NCBI RefSeq assembly: GCF_006345805.1
Contig: NC_042998.1
Coordinates: 169,942,001-170,006,000 of the forward strand
Reading direction: 5' to 3'
Length of the DNA stretch: 64,000 nt
Source of the DNA: Octopus sinensis
Lineage: Eukaryota
Part shown: positions 60,177-64,000 of the stretch, in pieces
Position numbering within the stretch: position 1 is the stretch's first letter
How the letters are laid out: each line of letters starts with the position of its first letter
The notes under the pieces: generated by a model
Told to the model about the DNA's origin: nothing
The model's database searches: none
Seen by the model: only the letters and a program-made list of their open reading frames with translations
Made by a program: the position numbers and the translations under genes

Positions 60177-62627
60177 AACTTGAATTTTACAATTGATGAA
60201 ACTGAAGCAAAAACACAAACTATGTGGAGGAGATAAATGCTAAATGTTCAAACTATGGTATAAAATCAGCTCAAAAACAAATCTTTAATTTGTGTTATGG
60301 TAATTAACAGGTGAAATTATCATCTATTTTTGATCCACCTACAGAACTGAAGGAATTTTTAAGATATAGTGCAAAGGGTATTAACTTCAGGTTTCATATT
60401 AGGGTTTATAACTCAGCTTTAACTTTTACATTCTCAGGTACTAAAGAGAATGAGTTTTTTGATACATCAGCCTGTGATGCTTCTGGACAGATCAATCATG
60501 TTTCCTGGTCATTAGGTGTTTCAGGTCTTTTAACATCAGACACCCTCACCCAGATGATCCAGCTGGAGTCAATCAAGCCCCAGCTTGCATCTAGTTAGTA
60601 CTATTGATGATAGCATAACTAAAATAGAAATAATGTGTAAATCCAGAAAATAAGACACATCAAATTAGCTCCAAATTTAGTACTAAAGATCTAAAAAACT
60701 GATATTTATTCAAATAACTATTTGTGATACATCATATCAACTAGACTGGAAGATGAAAATACTCAGAAACAGCCATATCATGGGATCATTTCATATAAGG
60801 ATGATGCCACTAGATAAGAGTTAGTAGCTCTATTCAAGATACTTGGAAATTTAATACTCAAGAATTTTCAAAGGTTATTTATTTCTGAAAACAAAGAGGT
60901 TCCAAGATTTGATATCAGAAGATACACTTGGCTAATTGTAGAAGTGGCAGTCATTAAGCCAGATTCTAATTTTAAAACTCTACAGCTAGAATAACGTAGG
61001 AGGCTACATAAATGGGGGTGTTGTAAGAGAGATTTCAAGTAACTATATTTTAAATAATGATCTAGTACAATTTCCCCCAATATTTCAAGTTGGCCAAAGA
61101 AGATGGAGAAGGTTGTAATAACAAACTGCAATGCAAGAAAAACTTTAGTTAGATAAATATATTACAAAATATAGGTTTATGTTATATGAAAATGATTTTC
61201 ATTATTTTCACTACACAGATTATTTTATTTATTATTAAGAAACTATTAATGATTACATGAACTGAAATTATGAATATTAGTAAAAGAATAGTGATACACC
61301 CAACTTTCATACAAAGCTCACAATAGATGCAATAAATATATTATAGCAAATTGACAAAAAATAGGAATAAACATTACTTTTTTGGCATTTATATTTTCAA
61401 ATGGAATTCAGATTTAATGAACTGCGTACAAAGCAAACTAACTGATAGACCCTGTTTAATTTTTGAAACTGAAGGATTTTAAAATATTGGAAAATAGAGA
61501 AGTAGAACAAAAATAGGATTGTAAATAGTATCCAGTTGAATATTACTGATTCTGCAGAAGTAGTGAATCTACAAATGCATGTGAGATAATTTCAAAATGC
61601 TACCAAAAGTATGGAATATGGTCCATATGGTAATACTAACCCAAATATGCCACCAATGGTTGAAGTTAAGTGTTAAGAACAATATCCTAAAGATATTTGG
61701 GATATTGTTTTTTTGACACCAACATTTGTGACACATCATATCAACTGGATTGGAGGATGAAAATACTTGGGAACTCAACAGCCATATCATGGAATAAAAA
61801 AAAATCAAATGTCGACTTGGATCATTGGTCAGTAGTTTTTGAATGATTTTTTTTTAATGTAGAAGTATAAGCAATTGTTGGTAAATATAACCATAAAGGT
61901 TATAATTATGTAATAGTAACTATAACAACAAGAGAAACCAATACCCAAGAACAAAAAGCTAAGACATGAAATTAAGCATAACATTAAAGTTTGCTGTGTC
62001 AGCATCTGAAGCAGCAAGGAAAATGTTGAGGCTTTAAGCTATATTGTTTGATATCCATTATTTCACTGAAGATTTGTTTCCCAGAAGATTAGGTGAATGT
62101 CAGCCAGAGCCTTGTTACATCACACTCAAAGAACTTTCCCATTTCTACATTTGTGACTGTTGATGGTAGAAGTTTGTGCTACATACAAAGAAGTCGCAAT
62201 AACAATGGATTTAGCAGAGGATGACAGTGCATATTACCAGACATTCCTTCCTCTTTACTGCAGCCTTGCAGAACCTGAGAAATTATTTACAGCATATGAA
62301 AAACAAACTTTCACATGAAATGAATCAATTAAGGAGTAAGTGAAATTACTAGTTCCATATGTCAACATACAAGAGGAAAAAAATCTTGATCTCATGAGAA
62401 AAAGAATTCACTTTAAATTATCCTCCACTCTTAATAATACCTAACATGGCTCGTATGAACATCAGAACAGAAAATGGATGGTTAATTCTACAAGAACTTT
62501 GAAGTTTCAAAGAGAATTGAACAAATGAATTTTTATTTAATTAAAATGTTTGCTAATTAATTATAGATCAACAGGTAGCTTTCCAAGAAACAGAACAAAC
62601 AATTCATGTTAACAATCAAGGTGCCAA

Positions 62628-62815
62628 TTGGTTTCAAATATTGGTACAAGACCAACAGTTTTAGGGGAGGAGAAAATCAATTACATCGACCCCAATGTTC
62701 AACTGGTACTTATTTTATCAACCCCAGAAAAATGAAAAGCAAAGTCAACCTTGGTGAAATTTGAACTCAGAACATAAAGAAGGATGACATGTTGCTAAGC
62801 GTTTTGCCCAGCATA
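62628..62815 (-). mobile_element. Nin/Deu-domain SINE nested in the Helitron remnant
   Basis: AACTGGTACTTATTTTATCAACCCC..AAAGTCAACCTTGGTGAAATTTGAACTCAG. Confidence 0.75.
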
Positions 62816-63015
62816 CTGCTTTAAATCAAGGTACTGATTATTAAGTCTTACCAACATCTAATGTTAATCTTATTGATGGAACTAGTAAAACAGTTCAATA
62901 TAATATTGTTCAGTGTTTGTAAAGAAGTAAACATTGCAATAACAAGTGCCTTGCCTGCTGTAGCTACCTTCCTACTTTTGATTCTGTATTAATCCTTCCA
63001 TTCAATCTATTTTTA

Positions 63016-63527
63016 CTGTAAATCCTTGAGTATAATCCGCATTTTTCCCACCCAAAATTTAAAGGTCTAAATCCCTAGTGTGTACTATATACGACGTTAA
63101 AAATGAAAATCATTTTCTAAGCAATGTCCAAGTCTCTATTTGCTGTCTGGCTATGTTTATTCAGACGCATTTTGTGATGTCAGGCGCGAAAATACCTTAA
63201 GCTAAGCCTGAAAGCAATGAAGTCATAAAGGAATCATCCATAACTTGCAGTAAGCAACATTTATTAAATGTTATTACTGTTATTTCTTTATTTTCTGCAA
63301 ACAAAATGCACAAAAAGCTACACATTTGCATTATGTTATATATATAATAATAATAAAGGACGTCACCATATACATGTTTACAAACCAAGGTGTTATATAG
63401 ACCTCCTTTACTCAAGTTAGAGAAGGGGTGCGTATTATACACAAGGTTTAGGTTTTTCAGAGGTACAGCCCCCTAAAAATCCCCTGTGTATTAAACTCAA
63501 GGGCGGACTATACTCAAGGATTTACGG
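63016..63527. mobile_element. Tc1/mariner-pogo type MITE (longer relative of 59144) nested in the Helitron helicase
   Basis: TA|CTGTAAATCCTTGAGTATA...TATACTCAAGGATTTACGG; the last ~105 bp match the 59144 copy. Confidence 0.85.
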
Positions 63528-64000
63528 TTATTGTACAATTTGCAGTATCTCAATACAGAGTAAAAAACCTCTTTATATCATTCTAGCTTAATGTCATTAT
63601 ATAGAACGAATTACCTATGTCTCATTGTTTTAAGGTCATTATTTGGGATGAGTTAACTATGTTTAATTACTTCCTTTCGGAAATAACTGGATAGGAAATT
63701 GAGAGATCTTACAAAAAAAAGTGTAGATCCAAAATTTGAATACATCTCTTTTGAAGAAAAAGTTGTAGTCTTTAGTGGGGATTTTAAACAAATATTAGCT
63801 ATAATTAGATATAGCAAAAAATTGCCAACACCAGTTTTATTATGAAGTCTCAGTAAAGCTGATGTTCACAATAAATTTGATTATTCTTAGTATCGAGTTA
63901 TACCACCAGTAATTGCTCAGTTATTCTCAAAAATACTTTATAATATTTCTTTCTATCATAAACACGAGGACCAAAAATTTTGCCGGGGAGGAAGGGGTTA

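Larger units (their letters stand above)
60221..63900 (+). pseudogene. Decayed Helitron Rep/PIF1-helicase coding sequence
   Basis: Collinear motifs: degenerate zinc finger then PPTELKEFL..NFRFHIRVYNSALTFT..GQINH (60221-60500); MEYGPYGNTNPNMPPM..C*EQYPKD (61611-61694); NVEV..KYNHKG, Rep motif 3 (61856-61900); VSASEAARKM (about 61996); LIDGTSKT, Walker A remnant (62869); IAITSALPAVATFL; VIIWDELTM, Walker B (63635); KVVVFSGDFKQIL (about 63760). Many stops and frameshifts. Confidence 0.85.

Overview
AT-rich, repeat-dense, almost entirely non-coding animal genomic DNA. It is most likely from an octopus-type cephalopod (inferred from the SINE, RTE and microsatellite repertoire) and probably lies in the long intron(s) of a minus-strand gene. 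The only long intact ORF is a young, 5'-truncated RTE-clade LINE (55401-58548, minus) with a partial AP-endonuclease, an intact RT and a PHD-like zinc finger; an ATG in the flank extends it to 854 aa. A heavily decayed Helitron Rep/helicase gene (about 60221-63900, plus) is recognisable from collinear motifs. The rest consists of several tRNA-derived SINE families (one with the Nin/Deu domain), an old (CAA)n-tailed repeat, MITEs of piggyBac, hAT, Tc1/mariner-pogo and MULE type with visible TIRs/TSDs, Penelope-like fold-back remnants in (TA)n tracts, and a 1-kb TG-derived minisatellite. The most notable non-repeat signal is a 41-nt minus-strand exon (3907-3947) whose first bases regenerate a splice donor (CAG|GTAAGA), a recursive-splicing-type architecture. 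No host gene could be named and no new multi-gene system is supported. Coordinates of old, degenerate repeats are approximate; family letters A, C, E and F are my working labels.
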